From positions 1 through 41,573 of the forward strand of contig JBHHUM010000013.1 in NCBI GenBank assembly GCA_046861645.1: a stretch of DNA of 41,573 nucleotides, in the 5' to 3' direction. The position numbers and the translations under genes were made by a program. Below are positions 19,867 to 29,562 of the stretch, piece by piece. The notes under the pieces are model-generated. The model searched no databases, was not told the DNA's origin, and saw only the letters and a program-made list of their open reading frames with translations. Numbering within the stretch: position 1 is the first letter of the stretch; every line of letters begins with the position of its first letter. This stretch comes from Fidelibacterota bacterium. Lineage in GTDB: Bacteria > Fidelibacterota > Marinisomatia > Marinisomatales > UBA2128.

Positions 19867-20773
19867 AAAAATAAGCTAGCGAGTCCATAAATGAACACGC
19901 TATTATCAAAAAAAGAACGCCCCGCCTTATAGGTATAGTCGGGCAGCTGAAGCGCCCTGTTTAAAGACCGCACAATTTATTGTGCTTTATTTGATTAAGC
20001 GTGTGGCTTTAGTTGCTCGCTGAAAGAACCTTTTAATTGACGATTGTACACTGTACCCTATGGGGTTGATGGTAAATGAATAAATCGAAAACCATCCTCA
20101 TTTCCATATATCGTCAACTAATCCCCAAATACAACAACAAAGCTCCACTCAGATGCCAAATTTTTCAGTCAGCAAACAATGGGTAACATGTCTGTTTATT
20201 TGACGCATTCATCTGAAAAAGCATATCATATAATACGAAACTTTGCAAATTTCAAAGAATCGAGCGGTAAGTCCGCTGTAGGTTGTCCGGGATGTTTTCT
20301 TCCATCGGTTGCTAGTAGTCCCTGCATAGTAATCTGCAGGGCATACTCGATTTTGTTTTTATGGTATGTAAAGTACACATCACAGTAATCACATTAACTC
20401 CCCACATACAATTTTCGGAATGGATGGTATATCATCAACAACTTCTGTTGCTAAAATTTCACTCAAGTTGGAAAGGTGCCGTTCATCCATTAAATTAAAT
20501 CTGTAGGAGCCAAAACCCGGTCTAATTCCAAGAAACAGCGGCAATGTTAGAATCAGTTCAAACCCAAAAAGGCACCCTGCCATTTTGCCAAATGCTGTGT
20601 TAACAGGTTTTCGTGACTCTTCAATTTACTTGGTGCGTGGATAACATTTTCAGTCTTGGGTTATTCAGTATTAAATCGCAACCTATCAGGATACTGTAGG
20701 GATCATCGTGGCAAGATACCTTTCTACTGAGGTATCAAATCACAATAGCAAAAAGCAAACCGCAATTACCTTG

Positions 20774-21385
20774 TTATTTTCCGTTTACAATAGATTTCAT
20801 GCATAAGTAAGCATGGAATTCGCTGATAACTATTTTTGAATCCTCAATAATATCAAAACCTCCTTCTTGCAACTTTTCAACAAACTGTGGCCAATCAAAT
20901 CTCGATTCCTCAGGGTGAGAGAAATGCAGATATTTTTCCACAAAATCCACGCCATTCCTATTTACCTCTTCTATCAACAAAACTCCTTTAGGCTTTAATA
21001 CTCGATGAATTTCTCCAAGTGTTCTTTCCCACTCCGGAACATGGTGTATTATCCCAAACACAAAGACAGCATCATATTTATCCGAAGGCGAATCTATTCC
21101 TGTAACATCCCCCACAAAATATCTTGCCCCACCATATTTTCTCTTAGCAAGATCAATCTGTTCTGGCATTAAGTCAAAGGCTATAAGCTCTTTTGGGTTA
21201 TAGCGGGATCTTATTATTTCTGTGCTATATCCTGAACCACACCCTGTATCAAGAATAACACTACCTGCCAAATTAATATTATGGTTTTCTAAAAATTTAT
21301 TAAAGAGCTGGAATTCAATTCTTTTCTGAATCCATCGCCTAATAGGATTATTCATTGCAGTAAATTCAAACCTGCTCAATCTCAT
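20774..21385 (-). CDS. class I SAM-dependent methyltransferase
   Basis: ILDTGCGSG, GDVT, YDAVF, IIHHVP and EIHRVLKPKGVL. Confidence 0.92.
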   Translation of the reverse strand: MRLSRFEFTAMNNPIRRWIQKRIEFQLFNKFLENHNINLAGSVILDTGCGSGYSTEIIRSRYNPKELIAFDLMPEQIDLAKRKYGGARYFVGDVTGIDSPSDKYDAVFVFGIIHHVPEWERTLGEIHRVLKPKGVLLIEEVNRNGVDFVEKYLHFSHPEESRFDWPQFVEKLQEGGFDIIEDSKIVISEFHAYLCMKSIVNGK

Positions 21386-21474
21386 TTAAGAAATCTCCTT
21401 AACGATACTTGTATATAATATTTTACGGATAATGGAAGTCTTGAGCAAGTTTGGTTAAAGAATAGCAAAGCCTA

Positions 21475-22101
21475 TTATTCGCAATTATGTGATGTGCGAC
21501 GCAATGCAAAATACCGACTTGTCATGGAGCAATACTCCCTGTATTTATCTCCATGAACTTGTAATAAATATTCCTCTTCACATCGAACCTGTATTTCTAA
21601 AAAGAAGTAGAATAAGATTACAAAAGTAGCAATCGTCCAGGTTGGCCAGATCAACCATACTCCGGCAATCAAGATAACTAATCCCAAGTAGGTGGGATTA
21701 CGGCTATATCTAAATATCCCAGTCGTTATCAATTTAGTTTTATTGATTTCATCGATGCCAACTCGCCATGAATTAGCCATTGTTCTTTGGGCAATTGCAC
21801 AAATTGCTAGACCGAATAATCCGATAACAAATCCAATTAGATCAGCTTGAAAATAGTCTAACGGCGGAAAATGCGAAAACATGGAATAATATTGGATCCC
21901 AAGAGAATGAGGAATGATCAGGATAACTAATATTATTGTTATAAACTTAATAAATTGGGCAAAATATTTTTGTAATGGGCTACTTGCTTCAACAAAAACC
22001 TCAGGGTCGATTCCGGTGACCTTTTTTATGCTCCTTCTTCTATAACGCCATAGCGCTATATAAGTGATAAATAAAATGTAGATAAAAAGGTTTTCAATCA
22101 T
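21475..22101 (-). CDS. isoprenylcysteine carboxylmethyltransferase (ICMT/Ste14) family membrane protein
   Basis: TM helices, SWRVGID, LITTGIFRYSRNPTYLG and EEEYL..HGDKYREYC. Confidence 0.9.
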   Translation of the reverse strand: MIENLFIYILFITYIALWRYRRRSIKKVTGIDPEVFVEASSPLQKYFAQFIKFITIILVILIIPHSLGIQYYSMFSHFPPLDYFQADLIGFVIGLFGLAICAIAQRTMANSWRVGIDEINKTKLITTGIFRYSRNPTYLGLVILIAGVWLIWPTWTIATFVILFYFFLEIQVRCEEEYLLQVHGDKYREYCSMTSRYFALRRTSHNCE

Positions 22102-22142
22102 TTCGTGTCCATTTTCACTTCGATATTAAGAAGATGTAATTA

Positions 22143-23033
22143 TCATTCGGTCATCTCGCAATATTCTTCCTCTTTCTCAATTTCTATAGTTATATGTTGA
22201 ATATTTACCTTATGACATACGTTCTTTACAATATTTTTGATTTGAATATATTCATTTGCAGGAATATCATTGGGAACGACAACGTGGGTGGACATAATCA
22301 TGTACTCCCCGTCCAAGGACCAGACATGTGTATCATGCACTGAAATAACATTTTCTAAATCTATTATTCCGTTCTCCAGTTTATTAATGTCAATCCCAGG
22401 AGGAATGGCTTGTAAGAATATCCTCGCAGTTTCTTTCAGTCTTTTTGTGACATTCCATAATATAAAAACAGTTATCAAGATTGAAAGAATCGGATCCAAT
22501 ATAGGAAGTGTCCATAGCAACATCAGAACACTAATAATAAATACGGCCACCCATCCTAACACATCTTCAAGTAGATGCCAAGTCACGACACGTTCATTTA
22601 AAGTTTTCCCTCCTTTAAGTCGCCAGGCAGCAATGCCATTTACTATGATCCCCAAAATAGATAAGTAAAGCATTCCTTCCGCTTTCACCGTTTCAGGATT
22701 GGTCATCCGTGGTACGGCTTCCAATAGGACTAATACGGATCCAACTATTAGAACAATACTGTTAATCAAGGCTGCTAACAGTGAAAACCGACGATATCCA
22801 AAGGAAAAACGGTGATCTCTTTTCTTTCCGGAAAGCCGCTCTAGGTACCAGGATAACCCTAATGATAAACTGTCGCCCAGATCGTGAAGTGCATCAGATA
22901 CAATAGCGATACTATTAGTCCATAGTCCCCCAATAATCTCAACGAATGTAAATGTCAGGTTCAGTATAAAAGCAAGTTTGATATTATGTATATTCTGATT
23001 GTCGGGGTTCTTATGCTCCTCCATATTTTTCAT
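22143..23033 (-). CDS. czcD: cation diffusion facilitator (CzcD/ZitB-like)
   Basis: SDALHDLGD, SFGYRR, HLLED, DPILS, VHDTHVWSLD and HITIEIE. Start may be the ATG three codons later. Confidence 0.88.
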   Translation of the reverse strand: MKNMEEHKNPDNQNIHNIKLAFILNLTFTFVEIIGGLWTNSIAIVSDALHDLGDSLSLGLSWYLERLSGKKRDHRFSFGYRRFSLLAALINSIVLIVGSVLVLLEAVPRMTNPETVKAEGMLYLSILGIIVNGIAAWRLKGGKTLNERVVTWHLLEDVLGWVAVFIISVLMLLWTLPILDPILSILITVFILWNVTKRLKETARIFLQAIPPGIDINKLENGIIDLENVISVHDTHVWSLDGEYMIMSTHVVVPNDIPANEYIQIKNIVKNVCHKVNIQHITIEIEKEEEYCEMTE

Positions 23034-23129
23034 TTCTTAATTCCCTATCCGAGCCATCAATTCGATTTCAAATACACTGAGTAAGACAACGTACATTAAT
23101 TACACATAGATCTACCAGTTCTAATCATA

Positions 23130-23609
23130 TTAGTAAATGAAAGGAAGCAACTTTTTCGTTCTCTTCTGATACACAAGATATTCATTTCCAAATCTTTTCA
23201 TGAGCATGTTCTCCTCGATTCTTATTCGATATAGAGTGCAAGGAATAATCCCTAACATCAGGAGAAAACCATACAGACTTGAAAAAATCAAAGGAATAGC
23301 GAGGGAATAAATAAGCATGGCAAGATTGATCGGATGTCGAATAAGTTTAAAAAAACCATGTTTAATGAGTTCGTGTTCTTGCGAGGTTTTTAGACCAAAG
23401 GAATAATATCTGCTGAGGGTCTTTTTCGCTACTCTTCGTATACCAATGCCAACTAAAAAGAGAATCAATCCAACTATCCTTTCAATACTAAAATGATACG
23501 ACATTTCTTGAACTTTTACGAAATCCCAAAGAGTAACAAATATCGCCGAAAAGAAAATTAACGATGCTGCAATGATAAAATAGCAATCGGCTTTTATTGT
23601 TTTAAACAT
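23130..23609 (-). CDS. second ICMT/Ste14 family membrane methyltransferase
   Basis: HELIKHGFFKLIRHPINL, RIRIEENMLMKRFGNEYLVY and KKLLPFIY. Confidence 0.88.
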   Translation of the reverse strand: MFKTIKADCYFIIAASLIFFSAIFVTLWDFVKVQEMSYHFSIERIVGLILFLVGIGIRRVAKKTLSRYYSFGLKTSQEHELIKHGFFKLIRHPINLAMLIYSLAIPLIFSSLYGFLLMLGIIPCTLYRIRIEENMLMKRFGNEYLVYQKRTKKLLPFIY

Positions 23610-23754
23610 TGATTGATATGGTTTTATTTAAAAATCCACTTGTACTCTTAAGTACTATAGATGATAAATCTAGGAAGAAGGCTGGTATGATATTCTAGAT
23701 ATTTTGATTCCTGTTGTCCATGTGATTTTTCATTCATCTCTATGAATCTACGAT

Positions 23755-24096
23755 TTATGCTGCTAATTCACCTTGTTCCCCTGTGCTTATTCGGATGACA
23801 TTATCTACCTGGGATACATAGATCTTACCATCTCCTCGCAACCCGGTATGAGCGGCCATTTTGATAGTGGAGACGATCTGATCAACAAGCTCATCCCGGC
23901 AGAATATTTCCAGTTTAACATGAGGAATAAAATCAACTAATTCATCTTCAATACGGTGCGGTGAATCTTTTGCCTTACCTCGCCCGAATCCTTTATTATC
24001 AATCACACTCATTCCTGTTAATCCTTCTACTTTATGAAGAGCCAATGTGACGTCGACCAATTTATGAGGTTTTATGTACGCTTGAATGAATTTCAT
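23755..24096 (-). CDS. PII-family protein (efflux-associated, atypical T-loop)
   Basis: IKPHKL, GFGRG, B-loop TGLRGDGKIY and RISTGE; overlaps the czcA stop (ATGA). Confidence 0.92.
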   Translation of the reverse strand: MKFIQAYIKPHKLVDVTLALHKVEGLTGMSVIDNKGFGRGKAKDSPHRIEDELVDFIPHVKLEIFCRDELVDQIVSTIKMAAHTGLRGDGKIYVSQVDNVIRISTGEQGELAA

Positions 24097-27000
24097 TTGG
24101 TGTTACTCCTGTTGTTTTCTTTAACGATATCAACGGTAAACCACTTGTATAAAGCAGGTATGACCAGCAAAGTCAAAATTGTAGAGGTTACCAATCCACC
24201 CACGACTACAGTTGCCAGTGGACGCTGTACTTCACTTCCAATCCCGGTTGAGAACAGCAGTGGAATCATCCCCAGGGCAGCTGCCAAGGCTGTCATTAGC
24301 ACGGGTCTCAGCCGTAGACAAGCTCCTTTAATGGATGCTTCATCTATCGACATGCCTTCCCGGAGCAATTGGTTTAAATAGGACACTAGTACGATGCCGT
24401 TTAACAGGGCGATACCAAACAAGGCGATAAATCCTACCGATGCCGGTACCGATAAATTCAGTCCTGATATCCAAAGTCCAACTGCGCCGCCTACCAATGC
24501 CAGGGGAATATTAAGAAAAATTAAAAAGGTGTTTTTGATAGAATTGAAACTGGAAAAAAGTAAAATGAATATGACTACTAAGGTCAGAGGAATAACAACC
24601 ACCATTCGCTTATTGGCTTCCTGCTGCAGACGGAACTGCCCACCCCAGGTAACCAGGTATCCAGGAGGCAGATCTATTTGCTCATCGATTGCCTGCTGAC
24701 TTTCTTTGACGAAAGAACCGATGTCTCTACCGATTACATTACATTGAATAGTAATAAAACGCTGGTTATCCTCCCGTGTAATCTGCCGGGGCCCCACAAT
24801 CTCTTCAATCTGGGTCAGTTGGGATAGAGGAACCATGTTCCCATCTGGCGCCTGGATCAGAATTTGACTGATCATCTCCGGTGTACTACGAAATTCAGGT
24901 GCGAACCTGACCAGAATATCAAATCGTCGAATCCCTTCAAAAATCTGACCAGCTGTTTCACCTCCCACGGCCGCCTTTAGCACTTCCTGGATATCCGATA
25001 CATTAATACCATAACGGGCTATTGCATGCCGATCAACCTTTACCAGAAGTTGTGGTGTTCCCGAAACCTGATCAACCTGAACATCAGCAGCCCCGGAGAT
25101 CGGCTGTATTACCGATGCGATCTCATCTGCTCTTATCTTCAATATATCTAGGTCATCGCCGAATAATTTAATGGCCAGATCTGCTCTGATACCTTCCAAT
25201 AACTCATCGACACTCATGGCAATAGGTTGTGTAAAATTCGTCAATATACCGGGGATATCACCTAATTCATCACGGATCAGTTCTTCCAAATCTTCCTGGC
25301 TTTCAGCAAAACGCCATTCATCTTTGGGTTTGAGCAGGACATACATTTCGGCGCTGTTTACAGGATCGGTGTGCGCCCCAATTTCTCCCCGCCCAATCCG
25401 TGTAACCACACCGCTAATTTCTGGGATCTTCATTAACCGCCGTTCAACAGTCATGATGATCCGCTTACTCTCGGTAAGTGCAATGGATGGTGCCATTGTC
25501 AGTCTCACGACGATGGTTCCTTCCTGGAGGGTCGGTGTGAATTCTGAGCCAAGTTGTGGAAATACAATAGCCCCAATACCGATTAACACCAAGGCAAGGA
25601 CAACAGCCAGTTTACGCTGTTTTACAAAAAAAGTGACCACAGGACGATAGACCCGCAACAATGTTCTGAGAATCCAGACCTCTTGTAGCTTCTCGCCGCC
25701 CACGCTTTTTTTCGAGCGGCGCATGAAAAGGGAAGCTAACACGGGTGCCAGGAAGATAGTAAAACCCAATGATCCAGACATAGCTAAAGCAATCGTATAA
25801 GCCAGCGGCCGGAAGGTTTTTCCTTCCACGCCCTGTAATGTGAATAAGGGTAGGAAAACAATGATTATTATGATAACCGCAAATACTACAGGACGGATTA
25901 CTTCACTGCATGCACGAGCTACAATATGAAGGCGCGGTTCAGCTGGATCCGCAGCTCGCAGCATACGGTCCACATTTTCCACTACGACCACACTTCCATC
26001 CACCATCATTCCAATCGCAATAGCCAACCCCCCAAAGGACATCAAGTTAGCGGAAATCCCAAAATATTTCATTCCAATCATGGCAAACAGCACAGAAAAA
26101 GGAATGGCAGCAGCCACCACCAGGCTGGGTCTGAATGCGCTTAGAAATACTATCAAGATAATGATGACCAGGATAATTCCTTCGATCAAGGCATCAGTTA
26201 CCGTCTTGACTGCCGCTTCTACTAAAGTCTTCTGTTCATAGTACGGCACCAACTTTATCCCTTCCGGTAAGATGCGGTTAATTTCTGCCATCTTGGATTC
26301 TACTTGCCCGATTACGGTAGAAGAATTAGTCCCGAAAAGCTTTACAACCATTCCCGCAACAACTTCCTCAACGCCATCCCGAGTCTGGATTCCCCGGCGA
26401 ATTGCGCCTCCGGTTTCTACATCAGCAATTTGTTTTAAATATATCGGAGTTCCATCATCTGATTTGAGAACAATATTCTCGATATCTTCAATATTCGATG
26501 CCAACCCCACAGAACGTACGATAAACTCCTCGGCATTTTTTTCAATAAACTGACCACCCACATTTAAGTTATTGGCGCTGATCTTTTCAATAACATCCTG
26601 AACGGTTACATTATAGCGCAGTAACGAATTTGGGTCTATAATAACATGATATTGTTTTTCGTAACCGCCAATCCCAAGAATTTCAGTGACACCAGGTACG
26701 GTTTGAAGGTGAAATTTCACCAGCCAATCATGAATAGTACGGAGTTCTTCTAAAGAATATTTACCGGTTTCATCTTCCAGATAATAGAAAAGGATCAGTC
26801 CCATCCCGGTTGAGATAGGTCCCATTGCAGGTTCACCGAAGCCCTCAGGGATTTGTTCTCGAGACTCCTGAATCCGTTCGTTAACTAACTGGCGGGCAAA
26901 ATAAATATCAGTTCCATCTTCGAAATAAATGTTAACTACTGACAAACCAAAATTTGATACGGAACGGATCTTCTTCAGATTAGGTAAACCATTCATGGCT

Positions 27001-27209
27001 ACCTCTATAGGATAAGTGACGTACTTTTCAACTTCTTCGGGAGCCAATCCTTCCGTTTCGGTAAATACCTGCACCAGAACCGGAGAGACGTCCGGAAAGG
27101 CATCAATAGGTAATTGTATATAGTTGTAGTATCCTGCCGCAATAACCAGAGCGCCAAAGGCCATCATGAGTAAGCGGCTTTTAAGTGCAAAACGAATCAA
27201 TTTTTCCAT
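24093..27209 (-). CDS. czcA: heavy-metal efflux RND permease, CzcA/CusA family
   Basis: LPIDAFPDVS, GLAPEEVE, AIAIGMMVDGSVVVVEN, RLRPVLMTA and EVQRPLATVV; 1038 aa. Confidence 0.93.
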   Translation of the reverse strand: MEKLIRFALKSRLLMMAFGALVIAAGYYNYIQLPIDAFPDVSPVLVQVFTETEGLAPEEVEKYVTYPIEVAMNGLPNLKKIRSVSNFGLSVVNIYFEDGTDIYFARQLVNERIQESREQIPEGFGEPAMGPISTGMGLILFYYLEDETGKYSLEELRTIHDWLVKFHLQTVPGVTEILGIGGYEKQYHVIIDPNSLLRYNVTVQDVIEKISANNLNVGGQFIEKNAEEFIVRSVGLASNIEDIENIVLKSDDGTPIYLKQIADVETGGAIRRGIQTRDGVEEVVAGMVVKLFGTNSSTVIGQVESKMAEINRILPEGIKLVPYYEQKTLVEAAVKTVTDALIEGIILVIIILIVFLSAFRPSLVVAAAIPFSVLFAMIGMKYFGISANLMSFGGLAIAIGMMVDGSVVVVENVDRMLRAADPAEPRLHIVARACSEVIRPVVFAVIIIIIVFLPLFTLQGVEGKTFRPLAYTIALAMSGSLGFTIFLAPVLASLFMRRSKKSVGGEKLQEVWILRTLLRVYRPVVTFFVKQRKLAVVLALVLIGIGAIVFPQLGSEFTPTLQEGTIVVRLTMAPSIALTESKRIIMTVERRLMKIPEISGVVTRIGRGEIGAHTDPVNSAEMYVLLKPKDEWRFAESQEDLEELIRDELGDIPGILTNFTQPIAMSVDELLEGIRADLAIKLFGDDLDILKIRADEIASVIQPISGAADVQVDQVSGTPQLLVKVDRHAIARYGINVSDIQEVLKAAVGGETAGQIFEGIRRFDILVRFAPEFRSTPEMISQILIQAPDGNMVPLSQLTQIEEIVGPRQITREDNQRFITIQCNVIGRDIGSFVKESQQAIDEQIDLPPGYLVTWGGQFRLQQEANKRMVVVIPLTLVVIFILLFSSFNSIKNTFLIFLNIPLALVGGAVGLWISGLNLSVPASVGFIALFGIALLNGIVLVSYLNQLLREGMSIDEASIKGACLRLRPVLMTALAAALGMIPLLFSTGIGSEVQRPLATVVVGGLVTSTILTLLVIPALYKWFTVDIVKENNRSNTK

Positions 27210-27250
27210 AGCTTCATCTTTCGTTTAAGATCTCGAGTATGATTTTTTAT

Positions 27251-28237
27251 TTAATGCCCATGGCCATCACCGAAGGTTCCCTTGGCCAGTTGAGCTTTTA
27301 AGGTAAACCCGCCTTTCGAAACATATTCCTGACTTGGTTTGAGTCCACTGAGGATTTCCACATAATATTGATTGGTTCTACCTAAATGGACTGCCTGTGG
27401 CTCAAATCCTTCCAAGGTTTTAACAAATACTGATGGTTGACCATCAATAGACTGCAAAGCGGTTTTCGGAATTGCCATATCTACACTGATATTTTCAACT
27501 ATAACTTTTCCAGTCACAAAAAGACCGGGTCTTAAGGATCCATCTGGATTTTTCAAGATAACACGAGCTGTTGCGGTCCTGGTATGTTCGTCTAAAATGG
27601 GACTGATATAGGATATTGTTCCAGTGGCTGGCGGCAGCTTCTGACCAGAATTAATTTCTGCCATCTGACCAATTCTGATAAAGGGAAGATCTTTTTGATA
27701 TATGCTAAGATTAACCCAGACTTCACTTAAATCTGCAACAACAAAAGCGTGATCTGCATCAGCGACCATTTCTCCTTGTGTGAGGTGCATTTCAATGATG
27801 GTTCCTTCTATCAGTGATCGAACTTCATAGTGAGTCAGACTTTCATTGCTTTCAATAATAGCTAATACTTCATCTTTTTTAACATGATCACCTAACTGTT
27901 TAAGCACTTCCTTCACGATACCCGGAAAGCGGGGACTAATATGCGCCAGCCGATCAGGATCAATGACAATTTCTCCCGTGAGATCCCGGTGGATTTCTAT
28001 GGAACCTGGTCCTGCTAAATCGATATCGATATCAAATTCTTCAAGTTCTTCAGGACTTATTGATACAACAGGAAGATTCTCTTCATGGTTATCATGATTA
28101 ATGTGTTCTTCGTTGTCAGCGATAATGACGTTTTGTTTTTTTGAAGGACTATTGTGATAGAGATCCCACATTTTAGTTAGTGCAAACGTAATTACTATTG
28201 TAGTCCCAATTAGAATAAGTGTGCGTCTATTTCTCAC
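27251..28237 (-). CDS. czcB: RND periplasmic adaptor, CzcB-like
   Basis: N-terminal anchor, His-rich linker, ADLSEVWV, TRTATARV..NPDGSLRPGLFV and C-terminal GDGHGH. Confidence 0.9.
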   Translation of the reverse strand: MRNRRTLILIGTTIVITFALTKMWDLYHNSPSKKQNVIIADNEEHINHDNHEENLPVVSISPEELEEFDIDIDLAGPGSIEIHRDLTGEIVIDPDRLAHISPRFPGIVKEVLKQLGDHVKKDEVLAIIESNESLTHYEVRSLIEGTIIEMHLTQGEMVADADHAFVVADLSEVWVNLSIYQKDLPFIRIGQMAEINSGQKLPPATGTISYISPILDEHTRTATARVILKNPDGSLRPGLFVTGKVIVENISVDMAIPKTALQSIDGQPSVFVKTLEGFEPQAVHLGRTNQYYVEILSGLKPSQEYVSKGGFTLKAQLAKGTFGDGHGH

Positions 28238-28241
28238 AGAT

Positions 28242-29468
28242 TTACTCCTTATTTGAATTCATGGATGAAATAAGTGGTTGCCCCAGTAACATTTCAATTT
28301 CAGCAACAGATTTGTGGAAGTCAGAAAGGGCTATCCACAAATTTTCTTCTGCATCGTATAAAGTTGATTGTGCGTCAACGACATCAAGGAAATCGAACTT
28401 GCCCTGTAAATATCCGTCATTGATAATCTGATAAGCCTTATGTGCTTCCGGCAGGATCGTAGTCTTGAGTGCTTCAATTTCTTTAATGATTGTTTTAAGA
28501 TCCGAGTAGACTAATGCTATTTCTGCTCTTAGACGAATTTCCAGTGCATTTTTTTCTTCCATTATTTGATCCAGTAGAGCATTGGTGGCCTGAATCGTCC
28601 CTTGATTTCTGTTGAAAACCTGAAGGGGTATGGAAAAACCAACCTGGTATGTGTTATCCGGAACATCGGTTTTCTTGATTCCAGCACTTACTGTCAGGTC
28701 TGGAATACGCTTAGCCTGTTCTACATTGATAACTGCTTGTTGGGTTTGTATTTCGATGTTTTTTTCAGCAACCTGAGGCGATTTATTAATAAGTAGACCT
28801 ACTAATTTTTCAGGAGGCAGTGTAATAGTGGAATCCAGATTCCCATCCGCCCTTGAAAAATCAGGGGTATTGTTACCCCAGAAAGATGCTAATTGTCGCC
28901 AGTGATTCTTCAGGTTTCGTTGGGTGCGGTTCAGTTCAACCTGTTGTGATGTCAGAGCGATTTGAGCACGAGCCGCTTCCGCTGGAGACAAACGTCCAGC
29001 TTTAACTCGTGTCTGTACAGATTGCAGAAATTCCTCAGCAATAACGACCGTTTCTTTTTTCAGGTTGACTACTTGTTGAGAGAGTAATATGTCAATAAAA
29101 ACTGACCTGGCTTCTTTTAATATTTCCAGTTTTTTAATCGTATATGATAATTGGGTACTTTCTAATTCCAGCTCAGCAACGCGGGTTCGCTTCTGACGTT
29201 TCCTTCCCAATTCAAAGGTCTGGGACAATTGAGCTGCCGTTTCAGGATCACCGCCTGCTCCCGATTCAAAACCAAGTTCAGGATTTAGACGTAGTGAAGC
29301 TTGCAGTACATTACCTTTGTGGGATTCAACATTTTTAGCTAATGCTTTTAGATCCGGATTGTATTGAATAACCAAAGCCTCAAGCTTTTGGTAATCCAAA
29401 ACTTTATCTTGTGGCATTAGGGCTGAAACTGCAAATAGTGTTACGAATTTTATTAACAGGGTATTCAT
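28242..29468 (-). CDS. czcC: TolC-family outer-membrane efflux protein, CzcC-like
   Basis: Signal peptide, NPDLKA, ELGRKRQKR, IPLQVFNRNQG and GKFDFLDVVDAQ. Confidence 0.9.
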   Translation of the reverse strand: MNTLLIKFVTLFAVSALMPQDKVLDYQKLEALVIQYNPDLKALAKNVESHKGNVLQASLRLNPELGFESGAGGDPETAAQLSQTFELGRKRQKRTRVAELELESTQLSYTIKKLEILKEARSVFIDILLSQQVVNLKKETVVIAEEFLQSVQTRVKAGRLSPAEAARAQIALTSQQVELNRTQRNLKNHWRQLASFWGNNTPDFSRADGNLDSTITLPPEKLVGLLINKSPQVAEKNIEIQTQQAVINVEQAKRIPDLTVSAGIKKTDVPDNTYQVGFSIPLQVFNRNQGTIQATNALLDQIMEEKNALEIRLRAEIALVYSDLKTIIKEIEALKTTILPEAHKAYQIINDGYLQGKFDFLDVVDAQSTLYDAEENLWIALSDFHKSVAEIEMLLGQPLISSMNSNKE

Positions 29469-29562
29469 AATATCCTTTCTTTGATCTACGAGGATTCAAA
29501 TCATGCCGCCTTGAGTTGAGCGGCCTGTTGTTTTTTGGATATTTAGTGGTAAAGAAAGAAGC

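Noticed and set aside
20179..20583. ORFs 20179-20388 (+) and 20389-20583 (-) as genes or a pseudogene
   Set aside because: No SD or recognisable family. A CDYC-containing frame follows on the minus strand but cannot be assigned by eye.
29505..29536. GCCGC/GCGGC hairpin between the czcI-like gene and czcC as a NiCo riboswitch or terminator
   Set aside because: Only a 5-bp stem, no four-way junction, and the T-run is on the strand opposite the operon.
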